64,000 bases of DNA, taken from the NCBI GenBank assembly GCA_965224085.1, contig CBDCYI010000005.1, positions 1,440,001 through 1,504,000 on the forward strand, written 5' to 3'. The stretch comes from Candidatus Marinacidobacterales bacterium. Its GTDB lineage: Bacteria; Acidobacteriota; Vicinamibacteria; Marinacidobacterales; SMYC01. Of the stretch, positions 10,742 through 20,556 are shown piece by piece. The position numbers and the translations under genes are program-made. Below the pieces are notes generated by a model. That model had not been told where the DNA came from. It was given only the letters and a program-made list of their open reading frames with translations, and ran no database searches. Positions within the stretch are counted from its first letter, which is position 1; each line of letters starts with the position of its first letter.

Positions 10742-12120
10742 ACACGCGCACGACGCGGGAAAAGCTCGACAAACTCTTCCCTTCGCAGAAGAAACGCACG
10801 AAGGACTCGCTCTGCCGCCTAGAGAAAGAGGTTCTCGGCGGCGACGCAAGCTCCCAGGCCGAGCTCTTCGTCAAAGAGCGGCTCGAGCGCCTCGTAGCCG
10901 CGACGAAAGCCCAGCCCCGCACGCGCGCCTCGCGTATAGAGACCCGGCAGCCGGCGCTCGAGATCGCCGAGGTGCTCGACGGCGAGGAAGTCTCGAACGA
11001 CTTCGGCAGCTTCTACTGTGTCGACCGTATCTACACGCTTGCACATTTTCAGGGTCGGATCCAGCTCGGGCGGCTCACGAGCGTGCCTAGAGAAGCCTTC
11101 TCGATGCTGTCGCGTGGCGACGACGCCTTCGAGATTGACTTGGGTAAGGCACTGTTTCTCGACACCGAGACGACGGGACTCGCGGGCGGCGCCGGCACGT
11201 GCGCCTTTCTCGTCGGCTTGGGGTGGGTCGAGAACGAGAGCTTCGTGCTGCGGCAGCTCTTCATGCGCGACTATGGCGAAGAAGCCGCCATGCTCCATGC
11301 TCTCGGTGAGATCCTCGCGCGCTTCGAGCTGCTCGTAAGCTATAACGGCAAGTCGTTCGACATCCCCTTGCTCGAGACCCGCTTCGTTCTCACGCGACAG
11401 CGCCTGTCCTTCGAGCGTCTATTACATTTCGATTTGCTGCACCCGGCGCGCAGTCTGTGGAAGGCCCGCATCGAGAGCTGTCGCTTGATGGAGCTCGAGC
11501 ATCGTCTACTCGGGCTCGAACGCGAAGAGGACATCCCGGGCCACATGATTCCCGACTTGTTTTTTCGCTTCCTACGAACGGGCAAAGCAGAACACCTTGA
11601 CCACGTCTTCCATCACAATCGGCACGACATCCTCTCGCTCGCTGCTCTCACTATATGCGCCTCGGACTTGCTCGACGAAAGCTACGTTCCAGAGGATCCT
11701 CTCGACGATCTCAGCCTCGGTCGCCTGTTCGAACGCTCGTCTCTGCCGGAACGCTCCATGATGCATTACAGCCGCGCCGTCGAGGCCGGCCTGTCGGGCG
11801 CCGCGCGCCGCCGCGCCCTTCTCGCACTCGCGGACCAGCACAAACGCCGCGGCGATGTCGGTGATATAGAGGACGCGCGCAAGCTATGGGACGAGCTCGC
11901 CGAGGGCGAATCCGTCGAGGTGGTCCACGCACTTCACGAGCTCGCGATGTTGAGCGAGCACCGCGAGCGTGACTTCACGGAAGCGCTCGGCTTGTGTGAG
12001 CGTGCGCTTTCCTACCTAGACGAGAATTACGAGCTGACGCTCTCGTTTCGCTTCAAGTGGCGTGACGCCTTCGCCCATCGCCGCTCGCGTTTGAAAAAGC
12101 GGCTATCCAAGCGCCGATAA
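10738..12120 (+). CDS. mrfB: RNase H-like DEDD exonuclease with TPR-like tail (MrfB/YprB family)
   Basis: FLDTETTGL, YNGKSFDIP, HFDLLH, HNRHDILSL; ATGA overlap with mrfA. Confidence 0.9.
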   Translation: MNTRTTREKLDKLFPSQKKRTKDSLCRLEKEVLGGDASSQAELFVKERLERLVAATKAQPRTRASRIETRQPALEIAEVLDGEEVSNDFGSFYCVDRIYTLAHFQGRIQLGRLTSVPREAFSMLSRGDDAFEIDLGKALFLDTETTGLAGGAGTCAFLVGLGWVENESFVLRQLFMRDYGEEAAMLHALGEILARFELLVSYNGKSFDIPLLETRFVLTRQRLSFERLLHFDLLHPARSLWKARIESCRLMELEHRLLGLEREEDIPGHMIPDLFFRFLRTGKAEHLDHVFHHNRHDILSLAALTICASDLLDESYVPEDPLDDLSLGRLFERSSLPERSMMHYSRAVEAGLSGAARRRALLALADQHKRRGDVGDIEDARKLWDELAEGESVEVVHALHELAMLSEHRERDFTEALGLCERALSYLDENYELTLSFRFKWRDAFAHRRSRLKKRLSKRR

Positions 12121-12130
12121 GCGGACTCGT

Positions 12131-12574
12131 TCACCGCCTTGAGATCGATCGCAGTCGCTTTTCGATCTCGGCGCCTTCACTGTTGCTGTTGCAGATGATC
12201 AAGATGGTGTCGTCCCCGGCGATGGTTCCCATCACTTGTGGCCACGCGACTTCGTCGAGGCCATGCGCGACGCCTTGCGCGTTTCCCGGAGGGGTCTTGA
12301 CGACGATCAAATTATTCGCCCGCTCGATGGTACGCACGAAAGCAACCAGGGGTGAGAGAGGGCCTTCTCCCGAGGGGCCAGTGGTGTAACAATAGCCGCC
12401 CCGCCCGTCCGGCCCTTTCGCGATACCGAGCGCTTTCAGCTCACGCGAGAGCGTCGACTGCGTCATGGAAATACCGGATTCGGCCATCGCTTCGATGAGC
12501 TCGCTTTGATTGTGGAGGGCTCTTTCGCTAATGAGCGAAAGGATGAGCTCTCGCCGCGCGGTGCGATCCGACAT
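12131..12574 (-). CDS. argR: Arginine repressor
   Basis: Real start is MSDRTARRELIL at 12574; TQSTLSRELKAL, VVKTPPGNA and GTIAGDDT motifs. Confidence 0.92.
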   Translation of the reverse strand: MSDRTARRELILSLISERALHNQSELIEAMAESGISMTQSTLSRELKALGIAKGPDGRGGYCYTTGPSGEGPLSPLVAFVRTIERANNLIVVKTPPGNAQGVAHGLDEVAWPQVMGTIAGDDTILIICNSNSEGAEIEKRLRSISRR

Positions 12575-12819
12575 CAGCCGCCGCTGACAGGAGGAAGAAA
12601 AGCAACTTCGTCGTCCGGCTGGAGCTCCGTTTCTTTGCTGACGAAATCGTGGTTCACCGCGAATTGAACCGCGGCGCCGAAAGGCTCGAGCCGAGCCTCG
12701 TCGCTCACGAGCCGCTCCCATAGCCCTGTTACCGTCGTACCCGATGGCAGCTCGACTTCCAGTTCTTCCTTGTCCATGACCTCGCGCAAAGCAGCAAAGA
12801 CGCGCACCCGTACCTTCAA
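12574..12819 (-). CDS. moaD: Molybdopterin synthase sulfur carrier subunit
   Basis: TTG start (LKVRVRVFAALRE), AVN motif, C-terminal DEVAFLPPVSGG. Confidence 0.92.
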   Translation of the reverse strand: MKVRVRVFAALREVMDKEELEVELPSGTTVTGLWERLVSDEARLEPFGAAVQFAVNHDFVSKETELQPDDEVAFLPPVSGG

Positions 12820-13244
12820 GGAATGTCCACCGTTTCCACCGGGCCCTCGACCCAGACTTCGCCGTCCTCGAAGACCTCTTTTTTCCAAATAGGAACGATC
12901 CGTTTGAGCCGATTGATCGCGTATTGGCATGCGGCGAAGCTATCGTCGCGATGGGGCGATGAGACCACGATGACCACGCTCGTCTCACCGACATTCAGCC
13001 GTCCAACGCGATGCTGAATGTGCAGACTCTCGAGCCCCCAGTTCGCCTTGACCTCTTCCCCGATGCGCTCCATCATTTTGACAGCCATCTCGGGATAGGC
13101 CTCATATTCGAGGAAGAGTACTTTCTTTCCTTTATTGGTCCCTCGCACGATCCCCGAGAATGTAGCGATAGCTCCGTCGCGAACACTCGCGACGCTTTGT
13201 GCGAGCTTTCGCAAATCCAGAATATCGTGCACGATTTCGAACAT
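12816..13244 (-). CDS. moaE: Molybdopterin synthase catalytic subunit
   Basis: GAIATFSGIVR, LEYEAY, HRVGRL, SSPHR, VPIWKKE. Confidence 0.93.
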   Translation of the reverse strand: MFEIVHDILDLRKLAQSVASVRDGAIATFSGIVRGTNKGKKVLFLEYEAYPEMAVKMMERIGEEVKANWGLESLHIQHRVGRLNVGETSVVIVVSSPHRDDSFAACQYAINRLKRIVPIWKKEVFEDGEVWVEGPVETVDIP

Positions 13245-13377
13245 AGCCGATGAAATAGTAGCCTGTCCCGAAGGGCCGAACAAGTTTCTAGACGCTTTCG
13301 TCCAACCGCTTTAACGATCTAAAAAGCATATTAGTTTTCGAAAAGGGCCAGGAATTCACGGTCAGCGGGTTCGGCCA

Positions 13378-14202
13378 CTAGCCTCCCTCCGGCCACACTT
13401 TCTGGCCGATGAAGTGGTCGACAGGACCGTGTCCTCGCCCGAGCGGGAGCCCTCGCTCGAGGGCCTTTGTCAGATAGGCCTTCGAGATCGCGACCGCTTT
13501 TTCGAGTGCTACCCCGAGCGCGAGTTGGGCGGTGATGGCCGCGGAAAAGGTGCAGCCCGTGCCATGGGTGTTTCGGACGGAGAGACGGGGTGCAGTGAAG
13601 CTCATGAACCGGCGTCCGTCATACAACCAGTCCACGGACGTATCTCCCGTCGCGTGTCCGCCCTTGACGACGACCGCCCGCGCTCCCATTTCCACGATAC
13701 GGCGAGCCGCAGCGTGGATCGAGGTCTCGTCCTCCACGGGGAAACCCACGAGCGCCTCGGCCTCGGGGAGGTTGGGCGTCACCAGAAGGGCCCGCGGGAC
13801 GAGCTCGTTGCGGAAGGATTTTACCGCTTCCGGCTGAAGCAGACTGTCACCGCTTTTCGACACCATGACCGGATCCACGACGACTTTGTCGACCCGGTGC
13901 TCTGCCAGTTTCCGGGCTACCACCTCGATGACGGGCGACGTGGCCAACATTCCCGTCTTCACCGCGGCGACGTCGATATCTTCGAAAACCGTATCGATTT
14001 GAAGACCGATCGCCTCGGGAGTCATCTGAGAGACGGCGGCGACCGTCTGCGTATTCTGGGCGGTGACCGCCGTGATGGCGCTTGTCCCATAGACGCCGTG
14101 GGCGGCGAAAGTCTTGAGGTCCGCTTGAATTCCAGCACCGCCTCCCGAATCGGAGCCGGCAATCGTCATGGTCACTGTGGGGCGGCTTTGCGCGTTTGCC
14201 AT
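13378..14202 (-). CDS. thiD: Hydroxymethylpyrimidine/phosphomethylpyrimidine kinase
   Basis: TIAGSDSGGGAGIQADLKT, DPVMVSKSG, TPNLPEA, HGTGCTFSAA; start trimmed to MANAQ. Confidence 0.93.
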   Translation of the reverse strand: MANAQSRPTVTMTIAGSDSGGGAGIQADLKTFAAHGVYGTSAITAVTAQNTQTVAAVSQMTPEAIGLQIDTVFEDIDVAAVKTGMLATSPVIEVVARKLAEHRVDKVVVDPVMVSKSGDSLLQPEAVKSFRNELVPRALLVTPNLPEAEALVGFPVEDETSIHAAARRIVEMGARAVVVKGGHATGDTSVDWLYDGRRFMSFTAPRLSVRNTHGTGCTFSAAITAQLALGVALEKAVAISKAYLTKALERGLPLGRGHGPVDHFIGQKVWPEGG

Positions 14203-14225
14203 TAAGAACTTATAGCATGCCGGCC

Positions 14226-14254
14226 TTGACGACGGCGATACATTCTCGTATTCT
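14226..14254 (+). promoter_or_regulatory. Sigma-70-type promoter of the PAS-GGDEF relic
   Basis: TTGACG-N17-TATTCT. Confidence 0.6.
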
Positions 14255-14314
14255 GTTGCCGGAAAGGGACTTGCCCATGGCGGCTCGTCGCAACACCTTC
14301 TAGGACCGTGGCCC

Positions 14315-15158
14315 ATGTCGAAGTCGAGCCTTCGCTCCCTCCCGGGTGATCGACCGGAATCGCGCTGGGACTTTCGCGCAGCGTTCGACCGAGCGCCGGT
14401 GGCGACGTTTCTGTTCGACGACGCGAGCCGCGCGTGCCTCGAGGCAAACAAAGCCGCCGAGATTCTCACGGCGTTCAGCCGCGGGGAGCTTCTCGATCGC
14501 CGCATCGAAGACCTCCACCCTCGCGAGCGCCGGGATCGTGCGCTCAAATACTTCCAGAAGGTTCGTCGTGAACCCGGATTCACCTACGACGATTTGAACC
14601 TCGAGACGAAGGACGGACGTGTCGTGCCCGTCGAAGTCCGCGGGATGAGCCTAGGGTTCGACGAGCGTAAGATCATTCTCGTCTACATCCGCGACATCAC
14701 CGAAGAGCGACTCTTGCAGCGCGAGGTCTTGTTTCAAAACCACAAGCTCACGACGCTGAACGCGCTCTCCTCGGCCATCCGAAACTCCATGGAGCTCCCC
14801 CAGATCCTTTCGGGATCGTTGCGCGTGATCATGGAGGCGAGTGGAGCCGTTTACGGAGAAGTTCTAGGTGCTGCGCGAAGTGGGGTTCTTACTCCGTGCC
14901 GCGATCCGCGAGACCGATATCGCTGCCCGCTACGGTGGCGACGAGTTCGTCGTGATCCTGCCAGACACCGATTACCCGGCGGCCAAACGGCTCGGCGAAC
15001 GCATGCGTCAGCTCGTTATTCGAACGACGTACCTCAAAGAGGAAGGCATCCGACGCAGCGACCTTCCCCATGTAGCCTGGCCGACGAGCGAATGTACCGA
15101 GACAAGGAAGAAAATCAACTACGAGCAGGATCATCGCCCGAAGATTCCTGAATGCTGA
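14315..15158 (+). pseudogene. Degraded PAS-(GAF)-GGDEF diguanylate cyclase
   Basis: PAS and the start of a GAF-like region are in the frame from 14315. The GGDEF core (IRETDIAARYGGDEF) is in another frame from ~14868. The C-terminal ADERMYRDK motif is back in the first frame. The N-terminal DxDxFK..ND half is missing. Confidence 0.75.
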
Positions 15159-15168
15159 ATCCTGAACG
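15147..15168. repeat. Single arm of the heptamer element
   Basis: cctgaatgctgaatcctgaacg. Confidence 0.55.
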
Positions 15169-15197
15169 TCGCCGATGCCGCGATGAGCGGCGGTGAA

Positions 15198-16481
15198 CTA
15201 GCGGCGCGCGGTTCTGAACGAGATGATCACGGCTGCGCCGGGCTCGCGGTCGGCGGCGCCGGGTTCCGCGACGATTTTCTGTCCATCGTCGTCTTCGATA
15301 GCGTCGTAGAGGATGAGCTCGATCTCTTTGGACGGTTCGAGGCGTTTGTTCGGCTGCACCGTGAGCGTGCGTGAATCGCGGTCATAGGAGACCTCGAGCT
15401 CGGGGAACGGATTACCGATACCGTCATCGTCGGCGTAGAGAAGGTCCACGTTGCGGTTGAAGGTCCCGGCCTTCATTGGGTTCGAGAACTGAACGTGGAA
15501 CTCGCTGTCGAGAGGGATGTCCCGCTCACCCGCGAGAGGCAGCGTGAAAGTGACTTCCGGCGGCGGACCGAGCTTCTCCTCCTCGGGCCGGACGACTTTG
15601 ACGGGCTCCAAGTCCTTGCCTTCGGGTTTGTCCGCAAGCTCGATCTTCTCGGCTCTCAAGTAGTAAGTACCGCTACCCTCGTGCTGCCAAGCCGTACCGA
15701 TGACGTTGAGCCACTTGCCCGTATCCCGTCGCTTTTTTGGATCGAGCCGAAAGCCGTCGCCGCGCGGCCTACGTCCCGTGACCCAGATGGCGGCGTTCGC
15801 GAGCTTGATGATGAAGTCGCGCGGGGTGCGTTTGTCCTTGATGGACAAGTCCCCGTAGAGGTTGTTTCCGCGGAACTTTCCGTAGACTACGATTTGCGCG
15901 TCGACATATTTGGCCGGATTTTTGACGAGGTCCCTCAAATCGACGCCGTGCACGCCCGACACATCGATGTCGGGATCGACGATATCGGGCTCCGCCTCCA
16001 GTTTGTCCGGGTCCATCTCGTTCTCGAGCGGGACGATGACCTCGGCACTTGTGACCGCGATGAAATACTGCTTGTTGAAACCCATCCCGTCCTGACGCAC
16101 GGCGCCTGGAAAGTAGCGAAGAACGGGATGAGATTGAGGGTCCATGACCGAATTCAGATCGAAGAAAATGCCCGTAATCTCGACTTCCTGCCCCGCCATG
16201 AAACGGAGATCGTCGAAGCTCCGCGGGTTGGTCCCGATGCGGACGGTGTTGAGGGACATCTCTCCCTGGAGCTCGAAGATGTTGAAATTCTGGTCTTGCA
16301 TGTCGCCGAATTTGACCTTACCCTTGGTGATGATGGGTGTGTCGTTGTAGCGCGCGCCCATCGTGGTGAGCTCGTCCACCGAGACCCGGACGGCATCCAT
16401 GCCTTGATACTGCGGCGCCGACGGGCGGACCGCGATAGCGAGAAGAACCAGTGACCCGATGGAAAACCCCACTCCACGCAT
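15198..16481 (-). CDS. Exported protein with two internal repeat (OB-like) units and C-terminal Big_5-type Ig-like domain
   Basis: Signal peptide; repeats VSVDEL..GARYNDTPIITKG and VDLRDL..PAKYVDAQIVVYG; PEVTFTLP..GERDIPLDSEFHVQFSNPM Ig-like start. Confidence 0.65.
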   Translation of the reverse strand: MRGVGFSIGSLVLLAIAVRPSAPQYQGMDAVRVSVDELTTMGARYNDTPIITKGKVKFGDMQDQNFNIFELQGEMSLNTVRIGTNPRSFDDLRFMAGQEVEITGIFFDLNSVMDPQSHPVLRYFPGAVRQDGMGFNKQYFIAVTSAEVIVPLENEMDPDKLEAEPDIVDPDIDVSGVHGVDLRDLVKNPAKYVDAQIVVYGKFRGNNLYGDLSIKDKRTPRDFIIKLANAAIWVTGRRPRGDGFRLDPKKRRDTGKWLNVIGTAWQHEGSGTYYLRAEKIELADKPEGKDLEPVKVVRPEEEKLGPPPEVTFTLPLAGERDIPLDSEFHVQFSNPMKAGTFNRNVDLLYADDDGIGNPFPELEVSYDRDSRTLTVQPNKRLEPSKEIELILYDAIEDDDGQKIVAEPGAADREPGAAVIISFRTARR

Positions 16482-16521
16482 ACCCTCATCCTACCCAGGC
16501 CTCAAGCCCGGAGCAAGTCTA

Positions 16522-17592
16522 CTAGTGGGCTGTAACAGCTGAACGTTTAGTAGTTTTGATGCGCCGTGACGGATCGTTGTAGGTCCACTTCACGGGCTTA
16601 GGGTCTTTGTTGTACTTGCGAATGTAGCGCATGATCTTGCGGGTTAGGTCTTTGGTGGAGGTGAACACTCCTCGATGGATCAGGTCGCGCTCGATCTTGG
16701 AGAACCAGAGCTCGACTTTGTTCAGCCAGGAGGAGTAGGTGGGTGTGAAGTGCAATTGGAGTTTCGGATTGGCCTGGAGGAACTCGGTGACCTTGGCAGT
16801 TTTGTGGGCCGAGAGATTGTCGAGGATGACGTGAATTTCACGCTTTCGCTTGTGGCTCGCAACCAGCTGCTCCAAGAAGGCGACAAACTCCTGGCTGGTA
16901 TGTCGGCGGACGGTCTTGCCAAAAACTTCCCCCGTCTTCGTGTCAAAGGCGGCGTAGAGAGAAAGCGTTCCATTCCGGACGTACTCGAAACCGTGTCTTT
17001 CGGCCCGCCCGGGAGACAACGGCAAGATCGGGTCCCGTCGATCCAGGGCTTGGATCGCCGTTTTCTCGTCAATACAAAACACCGCAGCGTGCTGAGGCGG
17101 ATTCATATAGAGACCGATGACATCCGCTGCCTTCTTCTCGAAATCCGGGTCGTTGGACGCTTTGTAATATTCAATTCGGTGTGGCTGTAGACCGTGTTTT
17201 TTCCAAGTACGAGCCACCATCATGTGATGGATTCCCAGTTTCTTCGCAAGTCGGCGCGTGCTCCAGTGAGTCGAGCCGTCGGTCGGGCTCTTTTGAGTCC
17301 ACGAAAGAATCCGTGCTTCCATCCGAGGCGTGAGCACCTGAACCGGACGTCCCTCGTGACGCGAGTACAGACCTGCCAGCCGCTCCTCCAAGAATCGGCG
17401 CTTCCACTTGCTGACAAAAGGCGCCGTGCAGCCTACCCACTGCTGCACCTGCGTGTAGCTCGCACCTTCGTCCAACAAGAGCAACACGCGAGCAATCCGC
17501 GCGTCGTCAGCACGACCGCTACGGCTCGAAACTCGTTTGCCAAGTTCCCTACGTTCCGCTCGAGTCAAAACAACGCTGGTCCTCTCTTGCAT
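16522..17592 (-). CDS. IS630-family DDE transposase
   Basis: HWSTRRLA HTH, CIDEKT, ILDNLSAHK, TPTYSSWLNKVELWF; the stop codon falls in the terminus/target site. Confidence 0.95.
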   Translation of the reverse strand: MQERTSVVLTRAERRELGKRVSSRSGRADDARIARVLLLLDEGASYTQVQQWVGCTAPFVSKWKRRFLEERLAGLYSRHEGRPVQVLTPRMEARILSWTQKSPTDGSTHWSTRRLAKKLGIHHMMVARTWKKHGLQPHRIEYYKASNDPDFEKKAADVIGLYMNPPQHAAVFCIDEKTAIQALDRRDPILPLSPGRAERHGFEYVRNGTLSLYAAFDTKTGEVFGKTVRRHTSQEFVAFLEQLVASHKRKREIHVILDNLSAHKTAKVTEFLQANPKLQLHFTPTYSSWLNKVELWFSKIERDLIHRGVFTSTKDLTRKIMRYIRKYNKDPKPVKWTYNDPSRRIKTTKRSAVTAH

Positions 17593-17635
17593 GAGAGAAG
17601 TATATCACTAAATGCTTATTTGTTACAGTCCACTA
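16523..17635 (-). mobile_element. IS630-family insertion sequence, apparently complete
   Basis: Inverted termini CTAGTGGGCTGTAACA (16522) and TGTTACAGTCCACTAG (ends 17636), with TA at both ends. Confidence 0.92.
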
Positions 17636-17656
17636 GAGACGTGTAGAATGCGAGAG

Positions 17657-18337
17657 ATGGCCAAGCGGTCTTCCTCTTCCGGGCATCGCCCTTTCGAGGT
17701 TCTCAAGAACATGGTCGAGGGCGGCGAGCTCGATCTCGCACCCGAGACCGACAAGCTCGTGTCACCGTCGAAGGTGGACGGCAACCTCAGCGACGAAGAA
17801 GCCTTCGAGAGCGCGATGGAGGAGGTGCGGCCGCTCGGCTGGAGCGCGACCCCTTTGAACCTGCCGCAAGCGTTCGAGATCCCCGTCTGGTCCGATAGCG
17901 AGTCCGAAGCGCTCGAGGAGCTCGAATCCTTCGTCGCGGGAAGGGGCGAGATCGACCCCTTCGCCACGGGTGAGGGCGTCGAGGGCGCTTCGAGCCTTCG
18001 GAACGAGCGCTACCTTCCTCGCCTCAAAAAGGGCGATTTCTCCGTTCAGGACCATCTAGACCTACACGGACTCGACAGAGAGGCTGCGCGAGAAGAGCTC
18101 GCGGCCTTTCTGCGAAGCGCGCAGCACAAGGGCTATTCGTGTGTCCGCATCGTCCACGGCCGGGGAAAGCATTCGCCGAGCGAGCCTTCGATTGTGAAAC
18201 GCGCCGTGACCCAGTCTCTCTCATCGCGCAAGATGCGCCGCACCGTGATCGTGTTCGCTTCGGCGCGCTGGAAAGATGGCGGGAGCGGCGCGGTCTATGT
18301 GTTGCTCTACCGCAAATGGCGGCCGGCTCAGCGATAG
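17657..18337 (+). CDS. Stand-alone Smr-domain endonuclease
   Basis: LDLHGL, IVHGRGKHS, DGGSGAVYVLL. The upstream part of the called ORF lies inside IS630, so the start was moved to 17657. Confidence 0.88.
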   Translation: MAKRSSSSGHRPFEVLKNMVEGGELDLAPETDKLVSPSKVDGNLSDEEAFESAMEEVRPLGWSATPLNLPQAFEIPVWSDSESEALEELESFVAGRGEIDPFATGEGVEGASSLRNERYLPRLKKGDFSVQDHLDLHGLDREAAREELAAFLRSAQHKGYSCVRIVHGRGKHSPSEPSIVKRAVTQSLSSRKMRRTVIVFASARWKDGGSGAVYVLLYRKWRPAQR

Positions 18338-19404
18338 CGGCGTGAGCGCTTGAGGGGTCCGGCCTCACCGAGCCGAAGCTCGACATCCGGCTCGAGACCG
18401 AGATCGGAGAATTCTTTCCGCTGATACTTTGCATATCCGGCCGCCGCAATCATCGCTGCGTTATCGGTCGAGAGCTCGATGCTCGGGAAAATAGCGGGGA
18501 TCTCAAGGCGGTGGCCGAGCTCGCCGAAGCTAGCTCGAAGCTCGCGATTCGCCGCTACCCCGCCGGAGACGACCATAGCGCGCACCCGAAAGCGCTTGGC
18601 GGCTCGTTCGGCACGCATCAAGAGGATCCTGACGACGGTCCTTTGGAACGCCGCGGCGAGATCGCAAATATCGGGACGTTCTTCGGCGGCTTCGGGCGCT
18701 TCATCCTCGCCGAGCCGCTCAATCGGTCCTTCCTGAACGGCGCGCAAGACCGCGCTCTTCAACCCACTGAAGCTAAAGTCCTCGCTCCCATCCGAGAACT
18801 TGGGCACGGTGAAGCTGTGGGCGTCCGCGTCGCCGAGCGCTGCGAGGCGATCCAGTGTCGGTCCGCCCGGGTAGCCGAGACCGAGCCGCTTGGCAACTTT
18901 GTCATAGGCTTCGCCCGCCGCATCGTCACGCGTCTTGCCGATGAGCTCGTAGCTCGACGCTTCCTTCATGAGAAACAAGCTCGTATGGCCGCCCGAGACG
19001 ACGAGAGAAAGCGCCGGGTGCGGGATCGGCTCCGGGCTTTCGATATAGGCTGCTCGGATGTGGCCTTCGAGATGGTCCACCGCGAGAAGAGGGACATCGC
19101 GAGCGAAGGCAATCGATTTCGCGAACGAGAGCCCAACGAGGAGCGAGCCGATGAGCCCCGGGCCTTGGGTCACCGCCACTGCGTCGATCGCGTCGAGCCC
19201 GATCCCCGCTCGAGCAAGAGCGCCGTCAACGACCGGTCCGATCTGCGTCAAGTGCTGGCGCGAGGCAAGCTCGGGAACGACGCCACCATATGGGCGATGG
19301 ATCTCGTCTTGCGACGCAACAACGTTCGAGAGAATCCGTCGACCATCCTCGACGACCGCGGCCGAGGTTTCGTCACAGGAGCTCTCGATGCCGAGAATGA
19401 GCAT
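18328..19404 (-). CDS. tsaD: tRNA N6-adenosine threonylcarbamoyltransferase
   Basis: GIESSCDET, GGVVPELASRQH, HLEGH, SGGHT, DDAAGEAYDK, TDNAAMI. Confidence 0.96.
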   Translation of the reverse strand: MLILGIESSCDETSAAVVEDGRRILSNVVASQDEIHRPYGGVVPELASRQHLTQIGPVVDGALARAGIGLDAIDAVAVTQGPGLIGSLLVGLSFAKSIAFARDVPLLAVDHLEGHIRAAYIESPEPIPHPALSLVVSGGHTSLFLMKEASSYELIGKTRDDAAGEAYDKVAKRLGLGYPGGPTLDRLAALGDADAHSFTVPKFSDGSEDFSFSGLKSAVLRAVQEGPIERLGEDEAPEAAEERPDICDLAAAFQRTVVRILLMRAERAAKRFRVRAMVVSGGVAANRELRASFGELGHRLEIPAIFPSIELSTDNAAMIAAAGYAKYQRKEFSDLGLEPDVELRLGEAGPLKRSRRYR

Positions 19405-19415
19405 CTAGTCTGCGC

Positions 19416-20465
19416 TCAGGCAGCCTGGTGACTCTTCGCGAGCGCTCTGAGCGACTCGTTATACGGAGCTTGCGCCACGCCCTTCTCGCATACGATCGCG
19501 GTGACGAGCCGCGACGGCGTCACGTCGAAAGCGGGATTCCGGATGCGCACGCCTTCAGGAGCCATGCGGACGCCTTGGATGTGGGTCACCTCGTCCGGCG
19601 ATCGCTCTTCGATGGGGATCTCTTTGCCCGAGGCGATCGAAAGATCGAAGGTCGATGTCGGCGCCACTGCGTAGAAGGGAAGCCCGTGCTCTTTAGCCAA
19701 GACCGCGACGGAGTACGTGCCAATCTTGTTGCAGACGTCGCCATTTGAAGCGATCCGATCGGAGCCTGTGATCACCATATCGATCTCGCTGCACGCCATG
19801 AGGTGGCCCGCCATGTTGTCGGTGATGAGGGTGACGGGAATGTTGTCTTGGACGAGCTCCCAGGCGGTGAGGCGCGCGCCTTGGAGAAACGGGCGGGTCT
19901 CGTCGGCGAAGACTTCGATCGTCTTCCCTGCCTCGACCGCGGCACGCATCACTCCGAGCGCGGTCCCATATCCGGCCGTGGCGAGAGCACCCGCATTGCA
20001 ATGCGTGAGGATACGCGCGCCATCCGGCACGAGCGCCGCTCCGTGCGCGCCCATGCGCCGGTTGATCTCGATGTCCTCGGTCTGGATGGCGATCGCTTCC
20101 CGCTCCATCCCCGCGAGCGCCGCTACGACGCCGCTACCAATGAGCTCTTCGAAGCGCTTTTTCATCCTATCGATGGCCCAGAACAAATTGACGGCGGTCG
20201 GTCGCGTGCCCGCCATCAAGGTCGATAGCGATTCCATCGATTGACGGAGATTCTCGGCGTCCTCCTTGCCGGACTGTTTCAGGCCGAGTGCGATCCCGAA
20301 GGCCGCGGTCACACCAATCGCCGGCGCGCCACGGACAACCATGTCTGTGATGGCCGCGGCCACAGCCTCGGCGTTGCGGCAGAAGAGATAGTCCTCCTTA
20401 AGCGGCAGATATCTCTGGTCGATGAGGGCGACGGCATCGCCGTCCCAACGAATAGTTGCGAGCAC
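19416..20465 (-). CDS. mtnA: S-methyl-5-thioribose-1-phosphate isomerase
   Basis: [45 protein letters not shown]. Confidence 0.95.
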   Translation of the reverse strand: MLATIRWDGDAVALIDQRYLPLKEDYLFCRNAEAVAAAITDMVVRGAPAIGVTAAFGIALGLKQSGKEDAENLRQSMESLSTLMAGTRPTAVNLFWAIDRMKKRFEELIGSGVVAALAGMEREAIAIQTEDIEINRRMGAHGAALVPDGARILTHCNAGALATAGYGTALGVMRAAVEAGKTIEVFADETRPFLQGARLTAWELVQDNIPVTLITDNMAGHLMACSEIDMVITGSDRIASNGDVCNKIGTYSVAVLAKEHGLPFYAVAPTSTFDLSIASGKEIPIEERSPDEVTHIQGVRMAPEGVRIRNPAFDVTPSRLVTAIVCEKGVAQAPYNESLRALAKSHQAA

Positions 20466-20556
20466 GAATCCTCCAGTTCAGGAATATCAAAGCCCCGAGT
20501 TTAACGGTCATCGCGTGGGAACTGCAACGGCGTGGTAGATTTGTCCGGTCTTCGAC

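Noticed and set aside
8369-12120. DUF1998 helicase as an anti-phage system (DISARM/Druantia-like)
   Set aside because: It is paired with a YprB-type exonuclease exactly as in the known MrfAB repair module; no methylase or other defence genes nearby.
12131-12994. 287-aa ArgR fusion in the ORF track
   Set aside because: The N-terminal half is an alternate-frame read of moaE/moaD; ArgR starts at 12574.
13245-14314. TPP or Moco riboswitch before thiD or moaE
   Set aside because: No TGAGA-type TPP core or suitable leader seen; thiD looks leaderless.
13378-14583. 401-aa extended ThiD
   Set aside because: The extension is antisense to the PAS gene and crosses the promoter region; homology starts near 14202.
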